Origin: Myxococcales bacterium
GTDB taxonomy: Bacteria; Desulfobacterota; Binatia; HRBIN30
Length of the DNA stretch: 50,161 bases
Assembly: GCA_037445065.1 (NCBI GenBank)
Contig: JBBILD010000027.1
Location: 1 to 50,161 of the forward strand
Direction of reading: 5' to 3'
Program-made: the position numbers and the translations under genes
Shown: positions 1 to 10,447 of the stretch, one piece after another
Layout: each line of letters begins with the position of its first letter
Position numbering within the stretch: the first letter of the stretch is position 1
Notes under the pieces: model-generated
The model's input: only the letters and a program-made list of their open reading frames with translations
Told to the model about the DNA's origin: nothing
Databases searched by the model: none

Positions 1-4
1 ACTT

Positions 5-361
5 GTGGCGGCGTTGACCTTCGGCTTGGTCCGCAGCGCGGATCCGCGCATCGAGGAGACGGCGCTCACCTTGGGAGCCACGCCCCTGCGCGCCGCCTGG
101 ATGCTGGTGCATGAACTCCGGGCTGGGTTCGCGATGGTGCTTGCGACCGCCTTTGGGCGTTTGGTGTCGGAGTTGGGGGTCGCCCTCATGGTCGGAGGCA
201 ACATCTTGGGTGCCACCCGCACCCTGACCACGGCGATTGCCCTGGAGACAGGGAAAGGCGAGTTTGCGCTGGCCTTCGCACTCGGGATCGTCCTCTTGGC
301 CGTAGCGCTCCTGGTGAACTTGGCGGTCTCCTGGTCCACCGCCTCGGCGCGACTCCCATGA
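5..361 (+). CDS. Tungstate/molybdate ABC transporter permease, TupB-like (5'-truncated by window edge)
   Basis: EAA-like motif (ETALTLGAT) and C-terminal GGNILGATRTLTTAIALETGKGEF typical of TupB; overlaps the downstream ABC ATPase (ATGA). Confidence 0.8.
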   Translation: MAALTFGLVRSADPRIEETALTLGATPLRAAWMLVHELRAGFAMVLATAFGRLVSELGVALMVGGNILGATRTLTTAIALETGKGEFALAFALGIVLLAVALLVNLAVSWSTASARLP

Positions 362-1440
362 CAGCCAACTCCCAACTCGCCTACTTGGTTCGCGGGCTCG
401 AATTGGTCCGGGGCAACTGCTCCTTGCTCTCGCAAGCGCAGCTGGCCATCGAAGCCGGGGGTGCCACCGCCATCGTGGGAGCCAATGGAACCGGCAAGAC
501 CTCGCTTCTCAAGTTTCTCGCCTTCTTATTGTCCATGCCCTTTCAGGAATTCTGGTTTTTCGGCATCCCTGTGTGCCCGAACCCGCGGGACTGGGGCTCG
601 TTCCGGCTGCAGGTGACCTACATCGGCCAGGTGCCCTACCTGTTCCGCGGCTCGGTTTGGGACAATGTTGCGTTTGGCTTGTCGGTGCGCGGCCCCGTGG
701 ACTCCGCTCGGGTAAACGAGGCGTTGCGGCAGGTGGGTGTGCAGCACTTGGCCTCGCGTAACGCACAGCGCCTCTCCGGTGGGGAAGCGCAACGGGTAGC
801 GTGGGCGCGCGCTCTTGCCCTCGACCCTCCGGTGTACTTGCTCGACGAGCCTACGGCCAACGTGGACCGGGACTTTGTCGGCGTGCTGGAGGAAATCGTG
901 ACCGAGCTTGTGGCGCGCGGGCGTACGGTGGTGTTCAGTACGCACTCGGTGGCGCAAGCGTACCGGCTCGCCAGCCGTGTTCTGAGTCTCGGGAGCAATG
1001 AGCTTCTGCCCTTCCCCTTGCTGAATGCCTGGCCAGGGGAGGTGGTGCGGAGTCAGGGAGAGTTGCTCGAGGTCGCAGTAGGCGGCGTGCGGTTGATAGC
1101 GGCGACTGGGACGGTCGCGAATGGCAAGTGCCTGGCGACCGTCGACCCGGAAAACATCTTGCTCGCGCGCGAGCCGTTACGCTCGAGTGCGCGCAATTGT
1201 TTGCCCGGCGCCGTCACGCGCGTGGAAGGGGACGCCTCCTCGCACTTGGTATTCGTGGACTGCGGTGTGCTCGCCGCGGCACGGCTGACCACTGCTGCCG
1301 TGCGCGAGTTGCAGCTCACCGTGGGCACTCCGGTGTATGTGATCTTCAAGGCCAGCGCCGTACACCTGCTCTCGCGCCCGGCAATGCAACGGGAAGAGAG
1401 CCGCGGGCCGGCGCAGCACGGAGCAATGAACGAGCGATGA
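358..1440 (+). CDS. ABC ATP-binding protein with C-terminal TOBE domain (TupC/ModC-like)
   Basis: Walker A GANGTGKT, signature LSGGEAQR, Walker B LLDEP, TOBE motif SSARN...FKASAV. Confidence 0.88.
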   Translation: MTANSQLAYLVRGLELVRGNCSLLSQAQLAIEAGGATAIVGANGTGKTSLLKFLAFLLSMPFQEFWFFGIPVCPNPRDWGSFRLQVTYIGQVPYLFRGSVWDNVAFGLSVRGPVDSARVNEALRQVGVQHLASRNAQRLSGGEAQRVAWARALALDPPVYLLDEPTANVDRDFVGVLEEIVTELVARGRTVVFSTHSVAQAYRLASRVLSLGSNELLPFPLLNAWPGEVVRSQGELLEVAVGGVRLIAATGTVANGKCLATVDPENILLAREPLRSSARNCLPGAVTRVEGDASSHLVFVDCGVLAAARLTTAAVRELQLTVGTPVYVIFKASAVHLLSRPAMQREESRGPAQHGAMNER

Positions 1441-2372
1441 TGCGAGAGCTGCAAGGCCGCGAGGAGAAGCCGTTGGTCCTGACTGTGGTTGGCCCCACGG
1501 CGAGTGGCAAGACGGCGCTCGCCATCGAGATTGCCGAGCGCTTCGGAGCTGAGATCGTGAATGCGGATTCGCGGCAAGTGTATCGCGGCTTGGACATTGG
1601 CAGCGCCAAGCCGACCCCAGACCAGCAGCAGCGAGTTCCCCATCATTTGCTCGACGTGGTGGCCCCCGACGAGCCCTTCGATTGCGCCCGCTTCGAACAA
1701 CTGGCACGACAGGCAATTGCCAGTATTCACCGGCGCGGCAAGCGTGCGCTGGTGGTTGGTGGTACCGGCTTGTACGTGCGGGTGTTGCGCGGAGGACTCT
1801 TCCGCGGGCCGGGCCGCGATCCGCGCCTGCGCGCCGAGCTGGCCGCCCGCGAGGTGCAGTGCCCTGGCACTTTGCACGCGCAACTGGCTCAGGTGGACCC
1901 GGTCGCAGCCGCGCGCCTGCACCCGAACGATCGCGTGCGCTTGATTCGCGCGTTGGAAGTCTACCACCAGACCGGCGTACCGATCAGCGACTGGCAAGCG
2001 CGCCACGGTTTTCGCGAAGGCGCGGTGCGCTTGGTGCTCCTTGGGGTGCACATCGCACCCGCCGAGTTGCGGGAGCGGATTGCCGCTCGCTGCCGCGCGA
2101 TGCTCGAGCGTGGTCTGATCGAGGAGATCCGTTCGTTGTACGCGCGCGGGTATTCACCCGAACTGCCCGCACTGCAGAGCCTCGGGTACCGCGAATTGGG
2201 GGCGTACGTGCGGGGCGAGACCGATCTCGACACCGCCTTTCACTGCATGGTGCGGGCCACCTGCCAGTTCGCAAAGCGACAGCGCACCTGGTTCCGGCGC
2301 GAGCCGGTGGCGCACTGGTTGCCCCCGAGAAGCGAGGATTTCTTGCGCGCGGCGGCCGCGTACTGGGCGTGA
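1437..2372 (+). CDS. miaA: tRNA dimethylallyltransferase
   Basis: GPTASGKT, DSRQVYRGLDIGSAKP, VGGTGLY, AKRQRTWF motifs; start placed at the ATGA overlap. Confidence 0.96.
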   Translation: MMRELQGREEKPLVLTVVGPTASGKTALAIEIAERFGAEIVNADSRQVYRGLDIGSAKPTPDQQQRVPHHLLDVVAPDEPFDCARFEQLARQAIASIHRRGKRALVVGGTGLYVRVLRGGLFRGPGRDPRLRAELAAREVQCPGTLHAQLAQVDPVAAARLHPNDRVRLIRALEVYHQTGVPISDWQARHGFREGAVRLVLLGVHIAPAELRERIAARCRAMLERGLIEEIRSLYARGYSPELPALQSLGYRELGAYVRGETDLDTAFHCMVRATCQFAKRQRTWFRREPVAHWLPPRSEDFLRAAAAYWA

Positions 2373-2530
2373 CGGGTTGCGGTGCGTTGCATTCGGCCAC
2401 CGCCTCGGCTACGGGCTGCGGCCGCAGAGCGCCAAAACTGGAATAGGTACGCACGCACCATGGAGATCAAGCCGGTTCCCTTCGGCTGCGGGTTAGACGA
2501 TTTCGCGTGTGTGCCGCGGAGAGAAGAACC

Positions 2531-3619
2531 GTGGGACGAGCCAGCTCGATCGAAGAACTACGCGCCCGCATTGACGCGATTGATCGCCGGCTGCTGGAGC
2601 TGTTGAACCAGCGTGCCCGCTTGGCGATCGAAATCGGGCAGCACAAGCGCAAGCAAAACACCGCTTTGTATGCTCCGGCGCGCGAGAAGGAAATCTTGCG
2701 CAAACTGCTCAAGGCAAACCCCGGCCCCTTGAATGCCGAGCGTTTGCGCCCCATCTTTCGCGAAATCATTGGCGCTTGCCTGTCGCTGGAACAACCCCTG
2801 CGCATCTCTTGCCTAGGCCCGCTCGGTACCTACTCCCATCAGGCGGTGCTGCAACAGTTCGGTACCCAAACCCAGATCGTACCCATGCTTACGATTGGGG
2901 AAGTATTCGATGAGGTAGAGCACCAGCGGGTGGACTACGGTGTCGTGCCAGTGGAGAACTCCACCGAGGGGGTGGTGGCAGCCACCTTGGATCGGGCCTT
3001 CGAGTCTACCGCTACGATCAAGGCGGAGATTCAACTGCGGATCGAGCACTGCTTGCTCTCGCGCGGCGGGCGGTCGGATCAGGTGCGGGTGATTCTCGGC
3101 CACCCGCAGGCGCTGGCGCAGTGCCGCAAGTGGCTTTCCCAGCATTACCCGAGCGTGCCCCAGATCGAGACCAGTAGCACCGCCGCAGCGGCCCAACGCG
3201 CACGCGAGGAAGAAGGAAGCGCTGCGATCGCCAGTCGGATCGCTGCGGACCTCTACGACTTGCAAATCGTGGCCGCGAATATCCAAGACCTGGCCAATAA
3301 TTTTACCCGCTTTTGGGTGCTCGGGCGCGACGGCTTCGGGCGGCCAAGCGGAGACGATAAGACCTCGATTGTACTCTCCACCCGCCACGAGGCGGGCGCC
3401 CTCTATCGCATTCTCAAGCCGTTCGCCGAGCACGGCGTGAGCTTGTGCAACATCGAATCGCGGCCGCAAAAAGGGCGGCCTTGGGAGTACCTGTTTTTCT
3501 TGGACCTGGTTGGGCACGTGGAAGACCAACAGGTTGCCGCTGCGTTGGAAGCAGTGCGCAAGCGGGCCTTGTTGTGCAAGGTGTTGGGCTCCTACCCGGC
3601 GGCCTTGCCACCGGTGTGA
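2531..3619 (+). CDS. pheA: Chorismate mutase/prephenate dehydratase (P-protein)
   Basis: N-terminal CM domain (LRARIDAID), PVENSTEG, NFTRF, ACT domain IESRP; start approximate (GTG 2531). Confidence 0.95.
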   Translation: MGRASSIEELRARIDAIDRRLLELLNQRARLAIEIGQHKRKQNTALYAPAREKEILRKLLKANPGPLNAERLRPIFREIIGACLSLEQPLRISCLGPLGTYSHQAVLQQFGTQTQIVPMLTIGEVFDEVEHQRVDYGVVPVENSTEGVVAATLDRAFESTATIKAEIQLRIEHCLLSRGGRSDQVRVILGHPQALAQCRKWLSQHYPSVPQIETSSTAAAAQRAREEEGSAAIASRIAADLYDLQIVAANIQDLANNFTRFWVLGRDGFGRPSGDDKTSIVLSTRHEAGALYRILKPFAEHGVSLCNIESRPQKGRPWEYLFFLDLVGHVEDQQVAAALEAVRKRALLCKVLGSYPAALPPV

Positions 3620-3644
3620 GGGTGGTTTGAGCGGACGGTAAGTC

Positions 3645-4775
3645 ATGGGGAGCGAGCGCGATCTTTTCGAACTAGCCCCGGAGTGGATTCGCACACTGGC
3701 TCCGTATCCTCCGGGAAAACCGGTGGAAGAGTTGGAGCGCGAGTACGGGATCCGCGACTCGATCAAGCTCGCTTCCAACGAGAACCCATTGGGCCCTTCG
3801 CCGAAAGCCGTGGCCGCCATCCAGCGAGCACTGGCCGAATTGCACCGCTACCCGGATGGAAGCGGCTACTACCTCAAGAGGGCTCTGGCGCAAAAGCTTG
3901 GAGTGTCGCCGGACGCGCTCATTCTCGGCAATGGCTCCAACGAGATTATCGAGTTGGTGGTGCGAACGTTTTTGCGGCCGGGAGAAGAGGCGGTGTCGGC
4001 GGACCAGTCGTTCGCCATTTACCGCCTGGTGGTCCAAGCCCAAGGCGGGCAAAACCGAATCGTCCCTCTGCGGCGTTACACCCACGATCTCGAGGCCATG
4101 CTCGACGCGATCTCGAGCCGGACTCGCATCGTCTTTCTGGCCAACCCGAATAACCCGACCGGAACCATTTTTCGCCGGCAGGAATGGGAAGAATTCATCG
4201 CCCAGGTGCCGCCGCACGTGATTGTCGTCATGGACGAGGCGTACTGCGAGTTTGTGGACGATCCGGACTACCCAAACTCCCTCGCCAGCCAGCGGCCGGG
4301 GCGCGCGCTCGTCACCCTGCGCACGTTCTCGAAAATTTACGGTCTGGCTGGCTTGCGCATCGGATACGGCGTAGCCCCGCCGGAACTGGTGGACCTCATG
4401 GATCGCGTCCGCGCTCCCTTTAACGTTAGCAGCCTAGCTCAGGTCGCTGCTCTGGCCGCGCTCGAGGACGACGAGCACGTGGAGCGTACCCGCCAGTGCA
4501 ATCGCGAGGGCATGGCGTACTTGCAGGCCGAGCTGCGCCGCTTGAAGCTCGACTTCGTGCCGAGCTGGGCCAACTTTTTGCTAGTGCGGGTGGGTAACGG
4601 GGTGCGAGTGTACGAGGCGCTGCTGCGCGAGGGCGTGATCGTGCGCCCGATGGGCGTGTACGGCTTCCCGGAGCACGTGCGGATTAGCGTCGGCTCGCGC
4701 GCGGAAAACGAGCGTTGTATCTTTGCGCTCGAGCGTGTGTTGCGCCGCGGAGGACGAAGTGCCGCCACGTTTTGA
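3645..4775 (+). CDS. hisC: Histidinol-phosphate aminotransferase
   Basis: KLASNENP, NPNNPTG, DEAY, RTFSKIYGLAGLRIGY (PLP lysine). Confidence 0.95.
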   Translation: MGSERDLFELAPEWIRTLAPYPPGKPVEELEREYGIRDSIKLASNENPLGPSPKAVAAIQRALAELHRYPDGSGYYLKRALAQKLGVSPDALILGNGSNEIIELVVRTFLRPGEEAVSADQSFAIYRLVVQAQGGQNRIVPLRRYTHDLEAMLDAISSRTRIVFLANPNNPTGTIFRRQEWEEFIAQVPPHVIVVMDEAYCEFVDDPDYPNSLASQRPGRALVTLRTFSKIYGLAGLRIGYGVAPPELVDLMDRVRAPFNVSSLAQVAALAALEDDEHVERTRQCNREGMAYLQAELRRLKLDFVPSWANFLLVRVGNGVRVYEALLREGVIVRPMGVYGFPEHVRISVGSRAENERCIFALERVLRRGGRSAATF

Positions 4776-5637
4776 GCGAGTCGCTCTCGCCGGCGTGGGC
4801 CTGATCGGCGGCTCGCTTTCTCTGGCCGCCCGCCGTGCTGGCTGCTTCGGGGAAGTGGTTGGTTTGGGCCGTCGTGCGGAGCACCTCGAGTTCGCACGCC
4901 AGAGAGGCATCATTGATCGCTGGACCCAGCAGCCGGCTGAGGCTGTGCGCGACGCAGATCTGGTCGTGCTCGCCGTGCCCCTCCGTTCGATGCCCAGCGT
5001 CGTCGAGGCGATGCGCCCTGCCCTTCGCCAGGGAGCGGTGGTGACGGACGTCGGCAGCGTGAAGCAGTATGTCCACACCGTCGTAGAGCCGCTCTTACCC
5101 GCCGGGGTGACGTTTGTCGGTGGCCACCCGATCGCGGGTACCGAGGCCAGTGGAGCTGCGGCCGCGGATCCCGAGTTGTTTCGCGGTCGCCGCTGCGTGC
5201 TGACGCGCGGCCCGAACGCAGCGATCGGTGCCGTAGCCTCGGTACGGGCTCTGTGGGAGACAGTGGGCATGGAGGTGGTGGAGCTCACGGCCGAGGAACA
5301 CGACCGCATCCTCGCCTGGGTGAGCCACCTGCCGCATGTTCTGGCCTTCTCGGCGGCCGCCGCCGTGCAACGCCATGCGCCCGGGGCGCGCGGCTTTGCA
5401 GGGCCCAGCTTTGCGAGCCTGACTCGGGTTGCTGCGAGTTCGGCCGAGACCTGGACGGATATTTTCCTTGCCAATGCCTCGCACGTGGAAAGTGCGGTTG
5501 CGGCGCTGCTCGCTGTGGTCGAGGAACTGCGGGCGCTGCTTCGCGCCGGCGATCCACACGCGTTGCACGGGTGGCTAGAGGATGTCCGCCAGCGCCACAC
5601 CGCGGCCCGCGCGGCAGAGCGCGGAGAGAAAGGATGA
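4759..5637 (+). CDS. tyrA: Prephenate/arogenate dehydrogenase
   Basis: GVGLIGGS Rossmann fold, TDVGSVK, GGHPIAG, HD...SHLPH motifs; GTG start behind GGAGG. Confidence 0.93.
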   Translation: MPPRFERVALAGVGLIGGSLSLAARRAGCFGEVVGLGRRAEHLEFARQRGIIDRWTQQPAEAVRDADLVVLAVPLRSMPSVVEAMRPALRQGAVVTDVGSVKQYVHTVVEPLLPAGVTFVGGHPIAGTEASGAAAADPELFRGRRCVLTRGPNAAIGAVASVRALWETVGMEVVELTAEEHDRILAWVSHLPHVLAFSAAAAVQRHAPGARGFAGPSFASLTRVAASSAETWTDIFLANASHVESAVAALLAVVEELRALLRAGDPHALHGWLEDVRQRHTAARAAERGEKG

Positions 5638-6917
5638 GCGAGCCAGACGTGTATTGGGTACGACCGCTCACTCAGCCTTTGCAGGCGGTGGTGCGCGTGC
5701 CGGGATCGAAGAGCCTGACCAACCGCGCGTTGTTGCTGGCCGCACTAGCCAAGGGAACGAGCACGATCGAGCACGCGCTTTGGAGCGACGATACCCGCTA
5801 CATGGCCGAGGCTTGGCAAACGTTGGGCATTCCGGTCGAGTTCGATGCGGCCGCCTCCTGCTTCGTTGTACAGGGCGGGGGCGGTAGCTTCCCCGCGCGT
5901 GAGGCAGAGTTGTTCGTGGGCAATGCCGGCACGGCCATGCGCTTCTTGGTTGCCGCGCTGTGTTTGGGGCGAGGCGTGTTTCGCGTTGACGGAACGCCGC
6001 GCATGCGCGAACGCCCCATCGAAGATCTGTTGGCGGCGCTGCGGGAACTCGGCGCGGACGTGCGCAGCGAGGCAGGAAACCAATGCCCTCCCGTGCTCAT
6101 CCGAGCTGCTGGCCTCAAAGGAGGGCGAGCCCGAGTACGCGCCGAACGCAGCAGCCAGTACCTCTCTGCCTTGTTGCAAGTGGGGCCGTGTAGCGAGCGT
6201 GGCCTGGAAATCGAAGTGGAAGGTCCATTGGTGGCGGCGCCGTACGTGGACATGACAGCAGCCGTGATGGCTGCCTTCGGTGCGCGCGTAGAGCGCGAAG
6301 GATACCGCTGGTTTCGGGTGCCCGCAGGGGGGTACGAGGCTTGCCATTACGAGGTCGAGCCCGATGCCTCGAGCGCACACTACTTTTGGGCTGCGGCAGC
6401 TTTGTGCGGTGGCAGTGTGCGCACACCCGGTTTGGGGAGCCGCTCGCTGCAGGGCGATGTACGGTTTGCAGAACTCTTGGCGTGCATGGGAGCGCAAGTG
6501 GAAATCACAGAAGATTTCATCGAGGTGCGTGGTACCGGCGAGTTGGGAGGAATTGACGCCGACATGAACGAGATTTCCGACACCGCCATGACCCTGGCCG
6601 TGCTCGGCGCGTTCGCCTCCAGTCCGGTCACTATCCGCAACGTTGCCCACTTGCGCGTTCAGGAAAGCGACCGCTTGCGAGCCGTAGCGACCGAGCTAAA
6701 CCGCCTTGGAATTCGCGTGGAGGAAGCGCCGGACGCGCTCACCGTCTACCCTGGTCGGGTCCAGCCGGCTGTGATCGAGACGTACGAGGACCATCGCATT
6801 GCCATGAGCTTTGCGCTGGTGGGCTTGCGCCAGCCTGGCATCGGCATTCGCAACCCGCGATGTGTAGAAAAAACCTTCCCCGAGTTTTTTGCCGTGTTGG
6901 AGAGTTTGCAGAGATGA
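5634..6917 (+). CDS. aroA: 3-phosphoshikimate 1-carboxyvinyltransferase (EPSP synthase)
   Basis: PGSKSLTNR, GNAGTAMRFL, SSQYLS, ESDR, DHRIAMSF. Confidence 0.97.
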   Translation: MSEPDVYWVRPLTQPLQAVVRVPGSKSLTNRALLLAALAKGTSTIEHALWSDDTRYMAEAWQTLGIPVEFDAAASCFVVQGGGGSFPAREAELFVGNAGTAMRFLVAALCLGRGVFRVDGTPRMRERPIEDLLAALRELGADVRSEAGNQCPPVLIRAAGLKGGRARVRAERSSQYLSALLQVGPCSERGLEIEVEGPLVAAPYVDMTAAVMAAFGARVEREGYRWFRVPAGGYEACHYEVEPDASSAHYFWAAAALCGGSVRTPGLGSRSLQGDVRFAELLACMGAQVEITEDFIEVRGTGELGGIDADMNEISDTAMTLAVLGAFASSPVTIRNVAHLRVQESDRLRAVATELNRLGIRVEEAPDALTVYPGRVQPAVIETYEDHRIAMSFALVGLRQPGIGIRNPRCVEKTFPEFFAVLESLQR

Positions 6918-7600
6918 AGAAGCGGATCGTGGTGGCCATTGATGGCCCGGCCGGCGCCGGCAAGAGCACCGTGAGCCGCTTGCTGGCGCGCCGACTGGGT
7001 TACCGCTACGTGGACACCGGCGCCATGTACCGCGTGATCGGCGTGCTGGCGGCACGGGCGGGAATCCCGAGCGATGATCGTGAACGACTGTCCGAATTGT
7101 GCCGGCAAACGCGCATCGAGTTCCGTGAAGGTGCGGGCGGGCAGACTCGGGTGATCGCTAACGGCGAGGACCTCACCGAGGCGATCCGCACGCCAGAGGC
7201 GGCCGAGTGGGCCTCGAAAACCTCGACCCTGCCCGAGGTGCGGGAGTGCTTGGTGGCGCAGCAGCGGGCCATGGGAGCCGCCGGCGGCGTGGTCATGGAG
7301 GGCCGCGATATCGGCACGGTGGTGTTTCCCAACGCCGCGCTCAAGGTTTTTCTCGACGCCTCGCCGTTGGAGCGAGCGCGCCGGCGTGCGGCCGAACTGC
7401 ACGAACAGGTCACCGAGGAAGAGATCCAACGCGTGGCCCAGGCGATTGCCGAGCGAGACGAGCGCGACCGCAATCGGCAACACGCGCCGCTGCGTCCGGC
7501 CGCAGACGCGCTGGTGCTCGATACCACCGAGCGCAGTGTGGACGACGTCGTGCAAATGCTCTACGACATCGCTTGCCAACGTGCGAGTGAGAATCCTTGA
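6914..7600 (+). CDS. cmk: Cytidylate kinase (bacterial type)
   Basis: AIDGPAGAGKST, DTGAMYR, MEGRDIGTVVFP; canonical aroA-cmk-rpsA order. Confidence 0.96.
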   Translation: MKKRIVVAIDGPAGAGKSTVSRLLARRLGYRYVDTGAMYRVIGVLAARAGIPSDDRERLSELCRQTRIEFREGAGGQTRVIANGEDLTEAIRTPEAAEWASKTSTLPEVRECLVAQQRAMGAAGGVVMEGRDIGTVVFPNAALKVFLDASPLERARRRAAELHEQVTEEEIQRVAQAIAERDERDRNRQHAPLRPAADALVLDTTERSVDDVVQMLYDIACQRASENP

Positions 7601-7659
7601 AAGGTCAGAAGCGTGTCGGTATGAGAGAGCCAACTTCACCTCCAGGGGGAACCATCCAC

Positions 7660-9381
7660 ATGGAACAAGCTAGGGACGAAGCTGCGTCCGGCAGCGAACA
7701 AGACTTGCAGGCCCTTTTCGAGCAAAGCCTGCGTGCGCCTCGTCCGGGGCAAGTGGTTCGCGGTCGGGTCGTGGACGTCTCGCGAGAGTTCGTCACCGTT
7801 GACATTGGATTCAAATCGGAAGGAATGATTCCTGTCTCCGAGTTCACGGAGCGCGATGGAGTGCTCGAAGTGCGGCCCGGGGACGAAATTGACGTGTACT
7901 TCTCCGGCGCGGATACGGAGAGCGGCACGATTTATCTGTCGCGGGTCAAAGCTGAGCAGTTGCGTGTCTGGCGCGATATCGAGGCGGCCTTTGCGTCCGG
8001 CGGAACCATTCCGGGAAAGATCGTTGCCAAGACCAAAGGCGGACTGCGAGTAGACGTTGGCGTACCGGCATTCCTACCGGGCTCGCACGTTGACATCCGG
8101 CCACCCAGGTCGCTGGATCGCTACATCGGTCAGGAAGGGCGCTTTGCGGTGCTCAAGTGCAACCGCGCGCGTGGCAACGTGGTGGTCTCCCGCCGGATCG
8201 TGATCGAGCGCGAGCGGGAGCAAATGAAAGAGGAGACACTGCGCGTGCTCGAGGAAGGGCTGATCCTCGAGGGCGTCGTGAAGAACATCACCGAGTACGG
8301 GGCGTTTGTGGACCTCGGCGGCATTGATGGTTTGCTGCACGTGACCGACATGTCGTGGGGGAGGGTGAACCACCCGTCCGACGTGGTGAAAGTAGGTGAA
8401 AAGGTCCGAGTCGTGGTGCTGCGTTTCGACCCGGAACGCAAACGTGTCTCCTTGGGGATGAAGCAGATCCAGCCCGACCCGTGGCACGGAGTGAGCGACC
8501 GGTATCCGGTCGGGAGTCGGGTGCGGGGCAAGGTAGTGAGCCTCGCCGAGTATGGAGCCTTTGTGGAACTCGAGCCAGGAGTGGAGGGCTTGGTGCACGT
8601 GTCGGAGATGTCGTGGACCAAGCGCATCCAGCATCCCTCGAAGGTCGTAGAAGTGGGCCAAGAGGTGGAAGTGGTGGTGCTGGAGGTGGATGAGCAGAAC
8701 CGGCGCATTTCGCTGGGCTTAAAGCAGGCCGTTCCCAACCCGTGGGACCTGTTGCGTGTCAACCATCCGGTGGGGTCGCGGATCACCGGCGTGGTCAAGC
8801 ACATCACGGATTTTGGCGTGTTTGTGGGCTTGGCAGAGGGGATTGACGGGCTGGTGCACATCTCGGACATGCACTGGACGAAGAAGATCAAGCATCCCTC
8901 GGAGTTGTACAAAAAAGGGGATACGATCGAAGCCGTGGTGCTTTCGATCGATCCCGAGAACGAACGGGTGGCCTTGGGTGTCAAGCAGCTTACGGAGGAC
9001 CCCTGGAGCACGATGGCGCGTCGTTATCCGGTGGGCAGCCGGGTGCGCGGCAAGGTAACTACGGTCACCGACTTTGGCGTGTTTGTCGAAATCGAAGAGG
9101 GCGTGGAGGGACTCATCCACGTTTCCCAGTTAGGACCCGAACGCATGGAGCGACCTCCGGCAGACATCCAGCCGGGGCAGGAACTGGAAGCAGAAGTGGT
9201 GTCGGTGGACGCCAAAAACCGCAAGATCAGCCTGAGTATCAAGGCACTGCGGCGCACCGAGGAACGGCAAGAGATCGAGTCGTACCTGCAGCGTGACCGC
9301 GACCAGGGCCGTTTCTCCTTGCAGGACGTGTTGGCCGATCAGCTCAGGTTGAATTCGGAAGAAAAGAAAGAAGAGTCCTGA
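7660..9381 (+). CDS. rpsA: 30S ribosomal protein S1
   Basis: Six S1 repeats (YGAFVDLGGIDGLLHVTDMSW and related); start at ATG after GGGGG RBS. Confidence 0.97.
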   Translation: MEQARDEAASGSEQDLQALFEQSLRAPRPGQVVRGRVVDVSREFVTVDIGFKSEGMIPVSEFTERDGVLEVRPGDEIDVYFSGADTESGTIYLSRVKAEQLRVWRDIEAAFASGGTIPGKIVAKTKGGLRVDVGVPAFLPGSHVDIRPPRSLDRYIGQEGRFAVLKCNRARGNVVVSRRIVIEREREQMKEETLRVLEEGLILEGVVKNITEYGAFVDLGGIDGLLHVTDMSWGRVNHPSDVVKVGEKVRVVVLRFDPERKRVSLGMKQIQPDPWHGVSDRYPVGSRVRGKVVSLAEYGAFVELEPGVEGLVHVSEMSWTKRIQHPSKVVEVGQEVEVVVLEVDEQNRRISLGLKQAVPNPWDLLRVNHPVGSRITGVVKHITDFGVFVGLAEGIDGLVHISDMHWTKKIKHPSELYKKGDTIEAVVLSIDPENERVALGVKQLTEDPWSTMARRYPVGSRVRGKVTTVTDFGVFVEIEEGVEGLIHVSQLGPERMERPPADIQPGQELEAEVVSVDAKNRKISLSIKALRRTEERQEIESYLQRDRDQGRFSLQDVLADQLRLNSEEKKEES

Positions 9382-9409
9382 GGCGGGTTCTGCGGAGGGG
9401 GTTGGCGCC

Positions 9410-9706
9410 GTGACCAAGCGGGACCTGGTGGAAGAGCTGCTTCGCCGCCACAACTATTGCCAGCGGCGCGATGTGGAAACCGCAGTGAACGCCACCTTGC
9501 GGGCCATGGTGGATGCCTTGCGCAACGATGACCGGATCGAGATTCGCGGCTTCGGAACCCTCGAGGTGCGCCAGCGCGGGCCGCGCGAGGGGCGCAATCC
9601 CCGCACCGGTGCGCCGGTTCGAGTGAGCGCGAAAAAGGTTCCGTTTTTCCGCGCCGGCAAAGAGTTGCGCCAGCGCGTCAACGGCGGCCGGCGTTCCGCG
9701 GGCTGA
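9410..9706 (+). CDS. ihfB: Integration host factor beta / HU family protein
   Basis: RIEIRGFG...REGRNPRTG...VPFFRAGKELR; directly after rpsA. Confidence 0.88.
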   Translation: MTKRDLVEELLRRHNYCQRRDVETAVNATLRAMVDALRNDDRIEIRGFGTLEVRQRGPREGRNPRTGAPVRVSAKKVPFFRAGKELRQRVNGGRRSAG

Positions 9707-9778
9707 CGTTCCCGCGCAGAAGGCAAGGCCGTGGGCCGCACCCGGGGTCCGCGCCGCCCGAAGGGCGAAGGAGTGCAA

Positions 9779-10267
9779 ATGCCGAGGCAGGTCGTGTGGG
9801 CGCCGTGGCGCGGCGCGTATTTGAACAGTCCGAAGTCGGGTGAGTGTATCTTTTGTCTGGCTCGCGACGCTTCGGATCCGCGTTCCCAGTACGTGCTTGC
9901 CACCGAGCCAGCGATCGTCATGCTCAACAAATTTCCCTACGCCAACGGACACCTGATGGTGGCACCGCGTGCGCACCGCGCCGATTTTGCTTCCATGCCG
10001 CCAGAGATCGCGGACAGTGTCTTTGCTGCCGTGCGGCATGCGGCCGAGGTACTGTTTCGGGCCTACCGGCCGGACGGCATGAACATCGGCCTCAACTTGG
10101 GCATGGCTGCCGGGGCCGGATTCGCAGAGCATCTCCACTGGCACTTGGTGCCCCGCTGGCTCGGTGACACCAACTTCATGCCGGTGCTCGCCGACGTGCG
10201 GGTGATGCCTGAGCACTTGGCAGCGACGTACGAAAAGCTCCTCCCGTATTTCCGCAACCCGGCTTGA
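9779..10267 (+). CDS. HIT family protein (Ap4A phosphorylase-like)
   Basis: WAPWR, CIFC, LNKFPYANGHLMVAP, HLHWHLVPRW histidine triad; AAGGAG RBS. Confidence 0.92.
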   Translation: MPRQVVWAPWRGAYLNSPKSGECIFCLARDASDPRSQYVLATEPAIVMLNKFPYANGHLMVAPRAHRADFASMPPEIADSVFAAVRHAAEVLFRAYRPDGMNIGLNLGMAAGAGFAEHLHWHLVPRWLGDTNFMPVLADVRVMPEHLAATYEKLLPYFRNPA

Positions 10268-10386
10268 GCCGTTTCGCGCGAGCGCCCGCTGCGTTCCCGT
10301 CAGCGCAGGTGCACCGCCTTCAGGGACCGCCGAGCGCACTTTTCTGCAGCGAAGCACCTGTTAGAGAGACCACCTGAATTGCGTCG

Positions 10387-10415
10387 TTGCCCGCGGAGAG
10401 AGCGGGCCGTATAAT
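10387..10415 (+). promoter_or_regulatory. Putative sigma70 promoter of the AAA/VWA operon
   Basis: TTGCCC-N17-TATAAT, about 32 nt upstream of ATG 10448. Confidence 0.6.
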
Positions 10416-10447
10416 CGGCGTTGCCGTTGTTCAGCAGGGAACTCGCA